Origin: Anaeromyxobacteraceae bacterium
GTDB lineage: Bacteria > Myxococcota > Myxococcia > Myxococcales > Anaeromyxobacteraceae
DNA: 64,000 nucleotides
Direction of reading: 5' to 3'
NCBI GenBank assembly: GCA_032654565.1
Contig: JAULAX010000017.1
Location: forward strand, 576,001-640,000
Shown here: one piece after another, positions 28,965 to 38,785 of the stretch
How positions within the stretch are numbered: the stretch's first letter is position 1
How the letters are laid out: each line of letters begins with the position of its first letter
The notes under the pieces: generated by a model
Database searches by the model: none
The model's input: the letters and a program-made list of their open reading frames with translations, nothing else
What the model was told of the DNA's origin: nothing
Position numbers and translations under genes: made by a program

Positions 28965-29187
28965 GAGGCCCTCATCATACTCCGCCCACTGACCCTGCGC
29001 AGACCTGGCCGGCTGCCATGCCCCTCGGCGAGGGTCGCTTTGTCGGCGACGGCACCGCCCGCGGGACGAACGATGACCAACCTCCCGTCCCGCCCGGAGC
29101 CCCCCTTTGGCGAACCCCGACGTCGGGAATCGCTTTTGGGGGAGGCAAGTCCACAGTGGCTTCGTACTTCCTCACGGAGAAGCCCCG

Positions 29188-31050
29188 CTACCAGCCGCAG
29201 GCGCGGCCGGCGTTCTGCTGCTTCAGCCAGCCGCGCAGCGGCGCGAAGTACTCGAGCAGCGCCTTGGCGTCGGCCTGCTTGCGCCCGGTGAGCGCGGCGT
29301 AGGCCTCCGGCCAGGGCTTCGACATGCCGAGCGCCAGCAGCTCGTTCAGCCGGGCGCCGGCCGCCGTGGAGCCCTGGATCGAGCACTGGTGGAGCGGCCC
29401 CTTCCAGCCGGCCGCCTCGCAGAGCGACTTGTGGAACTGGAACTGGTAGATGGCCGCCAGGAAGTAGCGGGTGTACGGGACGTTGGCCGGGATGTGGTAC
29501 TTGGCGCCCGGGTCGAAGTCGGCCTCGCTGCGCGCCACCGGCGGCGCCACCCCCTGGTACTTGGCCCGCAGCGCCCACCAGTCCTGATTGTACCGCTCCG
29601 GCGGGGTCTTCCCGCTGAAGACGTCCCAGCGCCACTGGTCGATGAGCTTGCCGAAGGGCAGGAAGGCCACCTTGGCCAGGGCCCGCTTCAGCTGCACGTT
29701 GATCAGCCCCTTGTCGTCCCGGGGCAGCTCGGCCAGCAGTCCGGCCTGCTTCAGGTAGGCCGGGGTGATGGAGAGGGCGATGGCGTCGCCGATGGCCTCG
29801 TGGAAGCCGTCGTTGGCGCCGTTCTGGTAGAGGACCGGCAGGTGGGCGTAGGCCCGCTGGTAGTAGTTGTGGCCGAGCTCGTGGTGGATGGTGACCAGGT
29901 CCTCCTCGGTCGGCTTGATGCACATCTTGATGCGCAGGTCGGCGGAGAAGCTGACGTCCCAGGCGCTGGCGTGGCAGACCACCTCGCGATCGCGCGGCTT
30001 CACCAGCTGCGAGCGCTCCCAGAAGCTGGCGGGCAGCGGCGCGAAGCCGAGCGAGGAGAAGAAGGCCTCCCCCAGCTTGACCATGCGGGTGGCGTCCCAC
30101 TTCTGTGCCACCAGCGCCCCGGTGACGTCCTGCGACGGCTGGCCCTTGAAGGGCTCGAGGTCGGCGTAGAGGTTGTCCCAGCTCTGCGCCCACATGTTGC
30201 CGAGCAGGTGGGCGGGGATGGGCTTGCCGTCGGCCACCCGCGCCTTGCCGTACTTCTTCTGCAGCTCGGCGCGGACGTAGCAGTGGAGCTGGTCGTAGAA
30301 GGGCTTGACCTCGCCCCAGAGCCGGTCGGTGTCGGCCTCGAAGGCGGCGGCCGGCATGTCGTAGCCGGCGCGCCAGAGCTCGCCGGTGTCCTTCCAGCCC
30401 ACGCCGCGGGCCCCGTCGTTGGCCAGCTCGACCAGCCGGGCGTAGAGCGGCCGCATCTCGCGCGCCACGCCGTGCCAGCCGGCCCAGGCGTCGAGCAGCT
30501 GGTCCCAGTCGCGGCTGGTGGCCAGCACGTCCTCCAGCTCGCCGAGGTCGCGGCAGGTGCCCTTCCCGTCCGGGCCGCACCACTTCCCCTTGCCGTAGAT
30601 CCCGTCGAGCCGGGCCGAGAGCGCCGCCAGCTCGGCCTGCCTGGCCCCGTCGGCGGGGGCGATCACCGGCAGGCCGCCGGCCAGCACCGACGGGTTGCGC
30701 AAGAGCTGCAGCATGCGGGTGACCGCCGGCGAGGAGGCGCGCGACGGGTCGAAGCGGAGCGACTGCCGGTTGAGCACCGCCAGCGTCCCCAGGGCGTCGG
30801 CGTTGAGCTGGGCGGCCAGGTACTCGGTGTCGGGGGTGATGTTGGTCTGGCGGACCCAGTCGGCGGTGGAGGAGCGGATCCAGGCCTGGCGGAGCGCCTC
30901 GTTGGCGTTGTCGATGAAGACGGCGTCGGCCTGCCTGGGGCCGGCGGCCCGGACCGGCGCCGGTCCGGCGTGGGCCGGCACGGCGGTGGCGGGCACGGCG
31001 GGGGTGGGGGCCGCGGCGAGGGCCGTGGCCAGCAACAGGCTGCAGATCAT
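29188..31050 (-). CDS. Secreted M2 peptidase (peptidyl-dipeptidase A, ACE-like)
   Basis: HHELGH, GFHEAIGD, PAHLLGNMWAQSW, DFDPGAKYHIP. Confidence 0.95.
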   Translation of the reverse strand: MICSLLLATALAAAPTPAVPATAVPAHAGPAPVRAAGPRQADAVFIDNANEALRQAWIRSSTADWVRQTNITPDTEYLAAQLNADALGTLAVLNRQSLRFDPSRASSPAVTRMLQLLRNPSVLAGGLPVIAPADGARQAELAALSARLDGIYGKGKWCGPDGKGTCRDLGELEDVLATSRDWDQLLDAWAGWHGVAREMRPLYARLVELANDGARGVGWKDTGELWRAGYDMPAAAFEADTDRLWGEVKPFYDQLHCYVRAELQKKYGKARVADGKPIPAHLLGNMWAQSWDNLYADLEPFKGQPSQDVTGALVAQKWDATRMVKLGEAFFSSLGFAPLPASFWERSQLVKPRDREVVCHASAWDVSFSADLRIKMCIKPTEEDLVTIHHELGHNYYQRAYAHLPVLYQNGANDGFHEAIGDAIALSITPAYLKQAGLLAELPRDDKGLINVQLKRALAKVAFLPFGKLIDQWRWDVFSGKTPPERYNQDWWALRAKYQGVAPPVARSEADFDPGAKYHIPANVPYTRYFLAAIYQFQFHKSLCEAAGWKGPLHQCSIQGSTAAGARLNELLALGMSKPWPEAYAALTGRKQADAKALLEYFAPLRGWLKQQNAGRACGW

Positions 31051-31088
31051 GTGGGCTCCGGTGCTGCCGGCGGCTCAGAGCGCGTGGC

Positions 31089-31313
31089 TCAGGGGCCGCG
31101 GCGATCGTTGGCGAAGGAGGTGGCGTGGTCGCGGGGCCCCGCCTCCACCTGGAAGAGGCGGCACTTCTCGCAGGACCAGCTGTCCCAGTCGTGCTTCACG
31201 GCCACGTCGAGGCAGCCGTCGTAGTGGAAGCAGTAGAGGCTGCGGTGTCCGGCGACGACCGTCTCGGAGCGGATCAGCTGCGAGAGCGGCGAAGGATTGG
31301 GATGAAGGGTCAC
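31089..31313 (-). CDS. Small Cys-rich hypothetical protein
   Basis: 74 aa with YCFHYDGC...WSCEKC; GC-rich third codon positions. Confidence 0.7.
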   Translation of the reverse strand: MTLHPNPSPLSQLIRSETVVAGHRSLYCFHYDGCLDVAVKHDWDSWSCEKCRLFQVEAGPRDHATSFANDRRGP

Positions 31314-31480
31314 GGAGGCTCCCGGACTGCGGATTGGGACCGGACTGGCCGAAAGGACGCGTCAAGGTGCCGCCGACGGGCGGTTCAAGGAAATACCCCC
31401 GAAGGGGGAGATCGCGTATATCCTCGACCTCATTGAGGTATGAGCCGAAGCACCGCCTGGGGCGGTGGGGGACCGCAGCC

Positions 31481-31933
31481 ATGACCGAGCGTCCTTGTGG
31501 AGCCTGTGACCTGCTGGCCGGGCGGCGCAGCGTGCCGGGCGGCGTGACCTGGCGTGGCGGGGGGCTGGCGCTCCACGCGCTCGACGGACCCTGCCCGATC
31601 CCGGGCTGGCTGGTGCTCACCGCCGAGCGCCACTGCCGCTCGCTCCACGACCTCGACGCCGAGGCCACCGCGGCGCTGGGGCCGGTCGCCCAGGAGGTGA
31701 TGCGGGCGCAGCGGGCCGCGCTCGGCGCCGAGCACGTCTACGCCTTCGCCATCGGCGACCTGCTGCACCACTTCCACCTCCACCTGGTGCCGCGCTACGC
31801 CGCCACGCCGCAGCGGCTGCGCGGGCGCGGCGCCTTCGACGCCACGCCGGCCGAGGCCCGGCCGGAGGAGGAGCTGGCGGCGGCGTCGCGGCTGGTGGCC
31901 GAGGCGCTGGGGCTCAGCCCGACGAGGCGATGA
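31481..31933 (+). CDS. HIT family protein
   Basis: N-terminal CxxC; HFHLHLVPR histidine triad. Confidence 0.88.
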   Translation: MTERPCGACDLLAGRRSVPGGVTWRGGGLALHALDGPCPIPGWLVLTAERHCRSLHDLDAEATAALGPVAQEVMRAQRAALGAEHVYAFAIGDLLHHFHLHLVPRYAATPQRLRGRGAFDATPAEARPEEELAAASRLVAEALGLSPTRR

Positions 31934-32759
31934 GCGGGGCGAGGCCGTCCTTGAAGCTCGGGTAGCGGAGCGTCACGCTGAGCGCCTGGCGTGTCCAGGC
32001 CGAGTCGATGCGCCGGCTCGGGCCGCCCGCCGGTGCCTCGCTCCGGGTCGGCTCCACACCGAGGCGCTGCGCCACCCACTCGATCACCTCGCGGCGGCGC
32101 GGCGGGGCGGCGTCGCTGCCGTGGTAGGCCGCCCCCGGCTCGCCCCGGTCGAGCGCCGCCAGCACGAAGGCGACGGCGTCGTCGAGGTGGCACCAGTTCA
32201 TGAAGGCGTCGTCGCCGGGGCCGAGCGCCATGGCGCCGGAGCGGACCCGCTGCAGCACGCCGGAGCGCCCCGGGCCGTAGAGGCCGGAGAGGCGCAGCAG
32301 GCAGGCCGGCACGCCCGGCGCGGCCCCGCGGACCAGCCGCTCCGCCTCCACCAGCACCTCGGCGGTCGGGCTCCCCGGGGCCGGCGGCGTGGTCTCGACC
32401 ACCAGCGAGCCGTCGCGCTGGCCGAAGACGCCGGTCGAGCCGGTGTAGACGAAGCGGCTGGCGCCATGGCGCGCCGCCGCCTCCAGCAGCGCCCGGTTGG
32501 CGGTGACGTAGGCGGCCCGATAGTTCTCGACGGTGTCGCCGCCGGCCGACTGGCAGGCCACCACGGCGTCGAAGGGGGGCAGCCGGCCGGCCGCGCCGGA
32601 GGCCGAGAGGTCGAGCGCCAGCGGCGTCACGCCGGGGGCCCGCAGCGCCTCGGCCCGGGCCGGATCGCGCCGCAGCGCGATCACCTGGTCGCCGCGGGCC
32701 ACCAGCGCCTGCGCCACCGCGCTCCCCAGCCACCCGGCTCCTGCCACCAGGACCTTCAT
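31914..32759 (-). CDS. NAD-dependent epimerase/dehydratase (atypical SDR)
   Basis: MKVLVAGAGWLG; STGVFG; LRLSGLYGPGR. Confidence 0.9.
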   Translation of the reverse strand: MKVLVAGAGWLGSAVAQALVARGDQVIALRRDPARAEALRAPGVTPLALDLSASGAAGRLPPFDAVVACQSAGGDTVENYRAAYVTANRALLEAAARHGASRFVYTGSTGVFGQRDGSLVVETTPPAPGSPTAEVLVEAERLVRGAAPGVPACLLRLSGLYGPGRSGVLQRVRSGAMALGPGDDAFMNWCHLDDAVAFVLAALDRGEPGAAYHGSDAAPPRRREVIEWVAQRLGVEPTRSEAPAGGPSRRIDSAWTRQALSVTLRYPSFKDGLAPLIASSG

Positions 32760-33097
32760 GAGCCGTGTGCCAGCTTGGCGCTGACCAGCCGGTTCAGCGA
32801 GACGTTGGACTCGGCCGCCTCGATCGAGAGCCGCCGGTGCACCTCCGGCGGGATGCGCACCTTGAACTGGCCGCTGTAGCGTCGGGTCGCCACCGGCTCG
32901 GGAACGGGCTCGCGCGCTCTCCGCAGGTCTTCGACGGCCTGCCGGACCACGTCGACGATGCCGCGGAGCGCGCCCGCCTGGGAGCGTTCCAGCCAGCTCA
33001 TGCTCGGGAACTCCGCGCAGAGCCCGACGTGCTCCTGATCCTCTTCGGACCAGATGACCCGGTAGGTGTACTTCTCGACGACGTCGAGCGTCTTCAC
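32756..33097 (-). CDS. hicB: HicB-family antitoxin
   Basis: YTYRVIWSEED..VGLCAEFPS, YSGQFKVRIPPEVHRRL, VSLNRLV. Confidence 0.88.
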   Translation of the reverse strand: MKTLDVVEKYTYRVIWSEEDQEHVGLCAEFPSMSWLERSQAGALRGIVDVVRQAVEDLRRAREPVPEPVATRRYSGQFKVRIPPEVHRRLSIEAAESNVSLNRLVSAKLAHGS

Positions 33098-33261
33098 GGC
33101 TTCTTCTCCTTGAGCAAGCGATCGATGGCCTGGTTGTGGCTCGACCCCTTGTTCCGCGGCTTGCCGAAGAAGTGAGTGGCCACCCTGCAGAGTTCTGCGA
33201 AGCGGACGTTCGCGGGGTTGGCTCGCAGCTCGGCGAGCAGATCCTCGATGGTCTGGCCCAC
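33094..33261 (-). pseudogene. hicA: HicA-like toxin, apparently internally deleted (55 aa)
   Basis: Manual translation MGQTIEDLLAELRANPANVRFAELCRVATHFFGKPRNKGSSHNQAIDRLLKEKKP*; overlaps the hicB start. Confidence 0.72.
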
Positions 33262-33279
33262 GCGAGGATGGTGCCACTA

Positions 33280-33296
33280 TTGACCCCATCCGTCAA
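33280..33296. promoter_or_regulatory. Inverted repeat overlapping the -35 of hicAB (probable operator)
   Basis: TTGAC-N7-GTCAA; the minus strand reads TTGACG upstream of hicA. Confidence 0.45.
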
Positions 33297-33300
33297 CCCG

Positions 33301-33420
33301 GTCCCCTACCCGTGCACCTTGCGCCCGAACTCCCGCATCCAGCCCTGCTCCTCGGCGGTGAGCGGCCCCTGCTCCAGCGCCGCCAGGTTCTGGCGCAGCT
33401 CGGCCACGTCCTTCGGCCCG
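33301..33420 (-). repeat. Orphan duplicate of the aldo/keto reductase 3' end (left island boundary)
   Basis: Encodes GPKDVAELRQNLAALEQGPLTAEEQGWMREFGRKVHG*, matching the C-terminus encoded at about 43354-43473. Confidence 0.88.
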
Positions 33421-33546
33421 ACGTCCCGGCCAGCCACTCCGTCGCGAGTCTAGCGCTGGCCCTGAGGGTCTCCAGGGTGGACCCTTCGGTGCGGGCCTCA
33501 GCGAGGGTCCTCCAGATCAGGTCGCCGAGGTGCTGGCCGCCCTTGT

Positions 33547-34965
33547 TCAGGACGGTATGTGAACCTCGATGGAAACCGCGTCGCCTGAGCGATAGCCAAA
33601 CAGGAAGTGCAATGTACCGAGGGCTGCGTCGGCAAGGTCGGCGCAGTCGTCAGCGTCTCGCACTGGGACGTAGCGGCTGAAGTTGTCCTCACCTCGGGGC
33701 CAACGGAATCCGGCGCTGCTGAGCATCGCCACGGCGCGCTCGTCGATGCAGGCCTCGACCATGGGAATGCTGCGATGCGAGACGATCTCGACCAGGTACT
33801 CCGGTGCCTCGACGTTCGCGAGACTTTGCACGTAGAAGGGCCCGTACCCGATGATGCAGAAGGCTCCATCGCTAGGGCCGACCGAGCGCCCACGAATGGC
33901 CCGCAAGGCATCGACGGCCTGCGCCCGCTGGTCGAGCGAGAAGGCCCCCCGTCCATGGGCTGCCAGTTCGTCAAGGTCACCGGTCAGCGCGATCCGAGGA
34001 ATGGCGCTCGTGGGTTCGGAGCCGGGGGCGAGGACGTGAGCGACCAGGTCCCTGATCGACCGCTCTGTCTCCTGGGACAGGACGGCGTTGCCCACGCCAG
34101 AGGCGCGAACCAGTCGCCAACCATCGTTGGAGCGCCGAAGTGCGACGGTCGCCCGCTCGTTGCCTGTCCAGGAGTAGTACGCCCAGGCACCGCTCGCAGC
34201 GTTGTCCACCAGGTCCGCGAGGCAGTTGCACATCGAGAGACCTTCACGACGCAGCGCCTTGGAGTCGGCCAATCGTGGAAGCCGTGGGCCGAGGTCGGGC
34301 GCCTGCGGGAAACGGGAGGCACAACGCGAGGCGTCGGTCACCATGTAGAAGAAGTCGTAGAAGGTCGCGAGCGAACGAATCATGTCGCAGGACCGAACCA
34401 GAACGCGGCGGCGTAGAGGCCCTGCCCCGTCAAGCGCCTCCGAGAGTTGGCGCCAGTGCTCTGCAGGGACGGTGTTGCGATTGGCGAAGGAGAGCAGCCC
34501 GGGTCGGCGCAGCTCCAGGGGTATGGCATCGATCTGGCGGACCAGGCGCGGGCCGATTCTGGGAATTGGAACAAAGGACTGGTGATCGCGAGGGCGGTTG
34601 AGCCGCTGGAGGAGCATCCGCCAGTCGGAGGCCCTGAAGTCTGGTGCCGTGCAGCGGGCCAGCACACGGAGAGCAGACGGTGCAACGTCTATTCCGGCCA
34701 GCTTGGCAAGGAGCGTTCGGCGCTGACGGGTTGCGACCTCGTGATAGAGCAGGCGGCGCTCATCGTCCGAAAGGGTTTCCAGCGGTGAGAGGCGCAGGCA
34801 GGCCATGGCGTAGGCCCGGCTGGCGTCGTCGCTGTGCCAGAGGGACGCGAAGTAGGGGTCGGACTGCGCTTCCGCGACGAAGGCTGCGAGAACGGGGCCG
34901 AGGGCGCCGCCACCATCCTGCTTTCGGCTTTGGCCTTCGTGTCCCTGGTCGCCTTCGAGTTCCAT
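33547..34965 (-). CDS. Hypothetical protein with a PcfJ-like domain and a C-terminal YbjN/TY-Chap-like domain
   Basis: LRREGLSMCNCL...ERATVAL...WRLVRASGVGN resembles the PcfJ-like signature; FYVQ...LSSAGFRWP..NFSR resembles the chaperone-like domain (pattern recognition only). Confidence 0.6.
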   Translation of the reverse strand: MELEGDQGHEGQSRKQDGGGALGPVLAAFVAEAQSDPYFASLWHSDDASRAYAMACLRLSPLETLSDDERRLLYHEVATRQRRTLLAKLAGIDVAPSALRVLARCTAPDFRASDWRMLLQRLNRPRDHQSFVPIPRIGPRLVRQIDAIPLELRRPGLLSFANRNTVPAEHWRQLSEALDGAGPLRRRVLVRSCDMIRSLATFYDFFYMVTDASRCASRFPQAPDLGPRLPRLADSKALRREGLSMCNCLADLVDNAASGAWAYYSWTGNERATVALRRSNDGWRLVRASGVGNAVLSQETERSIRDLVAHVLAPGSEPTSAIPRIALTGDLDELAAHGRGAFSLDQRAQAVDALRAIRGRSVGPSDGAFCIIGYGPFYVQSLANVEAPEYLVEIVSHRSIPMVEACIDERAVAMLSSAGFRWPRGEDNFSRYVPVRDADDCADLADAALGTLHFLFGYRSGDAVSIEVHIPS

Positions 34966-35083
34966 GCCCACCTCCGACGGATCACGAAACAGGCCGTCGC
35001 CAGAAAGGCAGTGCAGCCCGCGTGCCAGTCGCTCCGCCGTTCAATGGGGCGCCGTGTCCGTCCCCTGCGGTACCGTCCCTCGA

Positions 35084-36328
35084 ATGCAGTTACGTGTTCG
35101 TATTCACCGCGGGGCCGCCCAGGTCGGCGGAACCTGCGTCGAGCTTGAGGCGCAGGGAAAGCGCATCCTCCTCGATCTCGGGATGCCGCTCGATGCCGAG
35201 GAGGGCGAAGTTCCCCTTCCGGATGTGCCAGGCCTGGGCGGCGACGACCCGAGCTTGCTCGGCATCATCGTCTCGCACCTGCATGGGGACCATTGCGGCC
35301 TCGTTCCGTACGCATCGCGCACGATCCCACTGGCCATGGGGCCGGTCGCAGCTCGCGTCCTCCGCGAGGCTGAGTTCTTCACAGGCCGGCTGCCGTTGCC
35401 AGATCCACGCTGGTCGCTTGTCGACCGGCAGGTCTTCAAGGTCGGGCCGTTCCGGATCACCCCGTACCAGGTGGAGCACAGCGCGCCCGACGCGTTCGCC
35501 TTGCTGATCGAGGCAGAGGGGCGACGGATCTTCTACACGGGCGACTTCAGGGCCCATGGGAACGACCGCGACCCGTGGGGACGCCTGCTCGACGACCCGC
35601 CCCTTGAGGTTCACGCGCTGCTCATGGAGGGGACCCAGATCGGAGGTGGAAGGGAAGGCGACGGACCCACTGAAGGCATGCTGCGCTCCACCCTGGCCCG
35701 CCGGTTCAGCGAGTGGCCCGGGCTGGTGCTGGCGGCTTGGTCGTCGCAGAACTTTGATCGGCTACGCACCTTCTACGAGGCGGCCAAGCAGGCGGGGCGG
35801 ACCCTGGTGGTGGATCTCTACACCGCGACGCTTGCCCAAGCGGCAGGCTTCACAGGGGTACCGGCGCTGGGCGAGGCGGGGTTGAGGGTCTACCTTCGCA
35901 AGAACGAGGGCCGGGCCATCCTGGTGGCCCAGGACTTCAGCCGGACCGAGGCGGTCAAGCGGGCGCGGCTCTACCCGGAGCGCTTCGCCGAGCGGGGACG
36001 GGAGCTGGTGGTGATGTTCCGCCCCTCGGCGCTCTCGCAGTTCGAGCAGGCCGGCGCCCTCCACGGCGCGCTGGCCGTCTGGTCGCTCTGGGGTGGCTAC
36101 CTGAAGAACCCGCTGGAGCAGCGCATGCAGCAAGTCCTCGCCGAGCACGGCGTGGCTTTCGAGCGGCACCACGTGTCAGGGCACGCGTACGTGAGGGACC
36201 TGAATCGGTTCGTCGAGGCGATGGCGCCGGTACGGGTGATTCCGATCCATACCGAGCAGCCGGCGCGCTACGCTGAGTTGTTCCCAGCGGTCGAGCAGCG
36301 AGCGGACGGGGAGTGGTGGGACGTCTAG
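35084..36328 (+). CDS. Metallo-beta-lactamase/beta-CASP nuclease (RNase J-like)
   Basis: SHLHGDH, EHS, YTGDF, HVSGHA and PIHTE motifs. Confidence 0.9.
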   Translation: MQLRVRIHRGAAQVGGTCVELEAQGKRILLDLGMPLDAEEGEVPLPDVPGLGGDDPSLLGIIVSHLHGDHCGLVPYASRTIPLAMGPVAARVLREAEFFTGRLPLPDPRWSLVDRQVFKVGPFRITPYQVEHSAPDAFALLIEAEGRRIFYTGDFRAHGNDRDPWGRLLDDPPLEVHALLMEGTQIGGGREGDGPTEGMLRSTLARRFSEWPGLVLAAWSSQNFDRLRTFYEAAKQAGRTLVVDLYTATLAQAAGFTGVPALGEAGLRVYLRKNEGRAILVAQDFSRTEAVKRARLYPERFAERGRELVVMFRPSALSQFEQAGALHGALAVWSLWGGYLKNPLEQRMQQVLAEHGVAFERHHVSGHAYVRDLNRFVEAMAPVRVIPIHTEQPARYAELFPAVEQRADGEWWDV

Positions 36329-36927
36329 TCGACGGCACAACGGTGACGGGAGATTCGAATGGCCGCAAAGACCAATCTCGACGTGTTGGCCACGATGGAG
36401 GCAGGAGCCAAGGAGCGGCGCGAGCGGCTGGACCGTCGCCTCATGCAGGAGCGGAACGCCTACATCCGGGTCAACGGTGCCGGGTTTCGTGCCGTCTCGG
36501 TGGCTCCGGACTCGCCCCTCAGCGGCTTCTCGAAGCGAACGAAAGGGACGCTCGATTCGGCGGTGAAGGACACATGGGATGAGGCGACGGGTACTGGGAA
36601 GGCGGTCGAGCACCTCAAGGAGTTCGACAAGGTCGAGCGAAGCCTCCAGGCCCACATCATCAGGAAGGCGCTGGAGAATCGCGGTGACCTGCGGAAGGTC
36701 CTCGGTGGGGAGCCCCTCCCATTCGACGAGCTGACCTTCGCATTCGATGAGGTGAGCCTCAATCGGAGCGAGGACGAGACGATCCGCGACATGGTCCGCT
36801 GTGACTTGCTCGCGGTCGGGAAGTTCGGGAAGCGCTACGAGCCGGTGCTCATCGAGCTGAAGTACAGGCTCGACGGAACCCTGCTAAACGTGCTGAAGAA
36901 GCAGCTCAAGGCGTTCATCAAGCAGAT

Positions 36928-38449
36928 CGGAACCTGTCAACACGAATGAGACAACCTGCTGCTGAGATTACTGACGCACTTCCTCTGTCGGTGAAATCTG
37001 CTGCGGCTTGTTGATCCAGACCTCGGTGGGCACGGCGCCGGCCGACGGGGCGCCGGCGGGGAACCGCTCGGGCCGATCGGCGAAGGCGGCCGCCAGGACC
37101 GCGCTGCGGGCCTCCAGGCGGGCGCCGGCGAGGCCGTGGTGGACGTCGTGGGGCGTGAGGAGGCCGAGGCCACCGTGGCGGTGCTCGTTGTTGTACCAGC
37201 CGAAGAAGTCGACGCAGTGGGCCCGGCCGTGCTCGATGGCGCCGAAGCGCTCCGGGAAGTCGGGCCGGTACTTCATGGTCTTGAACTGAGACTCGGAGAA
37301 CGGGTTGTCGTTCGAGACGTGGGGCCGCGAGTGGCTCTTGGTGACGCCCAGGTCCGCGAGCATGAGCGCGACGGGCTTAGAGCGCATCGAGGTGCCGCGG
37401 TCGGCGTGGACCGTGAGCTGGTCGCGCTGGATGCCCTGGCGCTCACAGGTCTCGCGGATGAGCCGCTCGGCGAGCGCGGCGGTCTCGCGGTGCGCGAGCA
37501 TCCAGCCGACCACGTACCTGCTGTAGACGTCGAGGATCACGTACAGGTGGAAGTAGGTCCACTTCCGCGGGCCGAGCAGCTTGGTGATGTCCCAGCTCCA
37601 GAGCTGGTTCGGCCCGGTGGCCAGCAGCTCGGGTGCCGTGTAGGCCGGGTGGCGCAGCTGGTCGCGGCGCTCGCGAACCTCCGCGTTCTCAGCCAGGACG
37701 CGGTACATCGTGCGCTCCGAGCAGAGGTAGCGCCCCTCGTCGAGCAGCGTCGCGTGGACCTCGGCCGGCGCGAGGTCGGCGAAGCGCGGCTCGTTCAGCA
37801 CGTCGAGCACGGCGCGCTTCTCGGTGGCGTCCAAGGCGCGATGGGAGGTCCGCTTCGCCCGCGGCCGTGGCGGCCTGAGGCGACGGTAGTAGGTAGCCTT
37901 GGGGAGCCCCACGGCCGCACAGGCCGCGGCGAAGCCGAGGCGCGGGCCAAGCTCGGTGACGGCCTGCATCACCGCTCCTCGTCGGGCTTCGGGAGTTGGA
38001 TCCCCAGCAGCTCCGAGACTTTTTTTGGAGCTCAACGAGCCCTTCCGCACGCTCCGCGCGCCGCTGCAGGCGGGCGTTGTCACGCTGCAGCTCGACGACC
38101 TTGCGCTCGAGCGGGTGCGGAACCTTCGCCGCCGGCCCGCGCTTCCTGGGGGTCAGCCCGGCCAAGGCTCCGCTGTCGCGGGCCCGCCGCCACTCGACCA
38201 GGTGGGACGAATACAGGCCCTCTCGCCGCAGCAAGGCGCCGATCTCGCCGGCCTTGGTGCAGGCATCGGCCTCGGCAAGCACCTTCCGCTTGAACTCGGC
38301 GGTGAACTGCCGCCTCCGGGGCTTCGCGGTCACTTCGGTCTCCTGCCCAACCAAACCCATCTCTGCGGTGCTCACGTGGAAGTCCAAGCTCGCCCTTCTA
38401 CACTAAACTCCGTGGGGGTCGTTGTCTCACTCACGTTGGCAGAGAGGGG
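36928..38449 (-). mobile_element. IS3-family insertion sequence, copy 1
   Basis: OrfA HTH and OrfB DDE (WSWDIT, HADRG, DNPFSES); imperfect IRs starting at 36935 and ending at 38441. Confidence 0.93.
36968..37969 (-). CDS. IS3-family transposase OrfB (copy 1)
   Basis: Integrase-core DDE motifs; same protein as in copy 2. Confidence 0.9.
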   Translation of the reverse strand: MQAVTELGPRLGFAAACAAVGLPKATYYRRLRPPRPRAKRTSHRALDATEKRAVLDVLNEPRFADLAPAEVHATLLDEGRYLCSERTMYRVLAENAEVRERRDQLRHPAYTAPELLATGPNQLWSWDITKLLGPRKWTYFHLYVILDVYSRYVVGWMLAHRETAALAERLIRETCERQGIQRDQLTVHADRGTSMRSKPVALMLADLGVTKSHSRPHVSNDNPFSESQFKTMKYRPDFPERFGAIEHGRAHCVDFFGWYNNEHRHGGLGLLTPHDVHHGLAGARLEARSAVLAAAFADRPERFPAGAPSAGAVPTEVWINKPQQISPTEEVRQ

Positions 38450-38785
38450 AGTCCGCCGCTACGATACCCGGTTCAAGAAGCTGCTCGAAGCGGCGACGGG
38501 CCATGAGGTGAGCATGGAGCGGGTACACGCGCTCATCGCGTGGCCCGAGGAAGCCGGCGGCCAGACCGTGAGCAAGCTGGCGCAGCGAATGAAAGAACTG
38601 GGCTTGGGTGCCGTGGTCTTCGCCATGGAGGAGAAGCGCGCCGACCAGATGCGACGCTTTGGTGAGGCTCGCGTCGTCTCCAACGTCACGCTGTTGACAG
38701 CGAAGGATTGAAGGGCCCGGTGCGCAGGGGGTTGGGGGGGGATCGCGAGACACTCCAGTCACCAGGCGGTAGGCTCCTCGGCGAC

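Larger units (their letters stand above)
36359..38711 (+). pseudogene. Putative PD-(D/E)XK nuclease split by IS copy 1
   Basis: DEV...RCDLLAV...VLIELKY; 36359-36927 joins 38450-38711 in frame (about 276 aa). Confidence 0.72.

Noticed and set aside
28975..29175. 66-aa ORF or remnant between the antitoxin and the M2 peptidase
   Set aside because: No recognisable motif and atypical codon use; it may be a gene scar but this cannot be supported.
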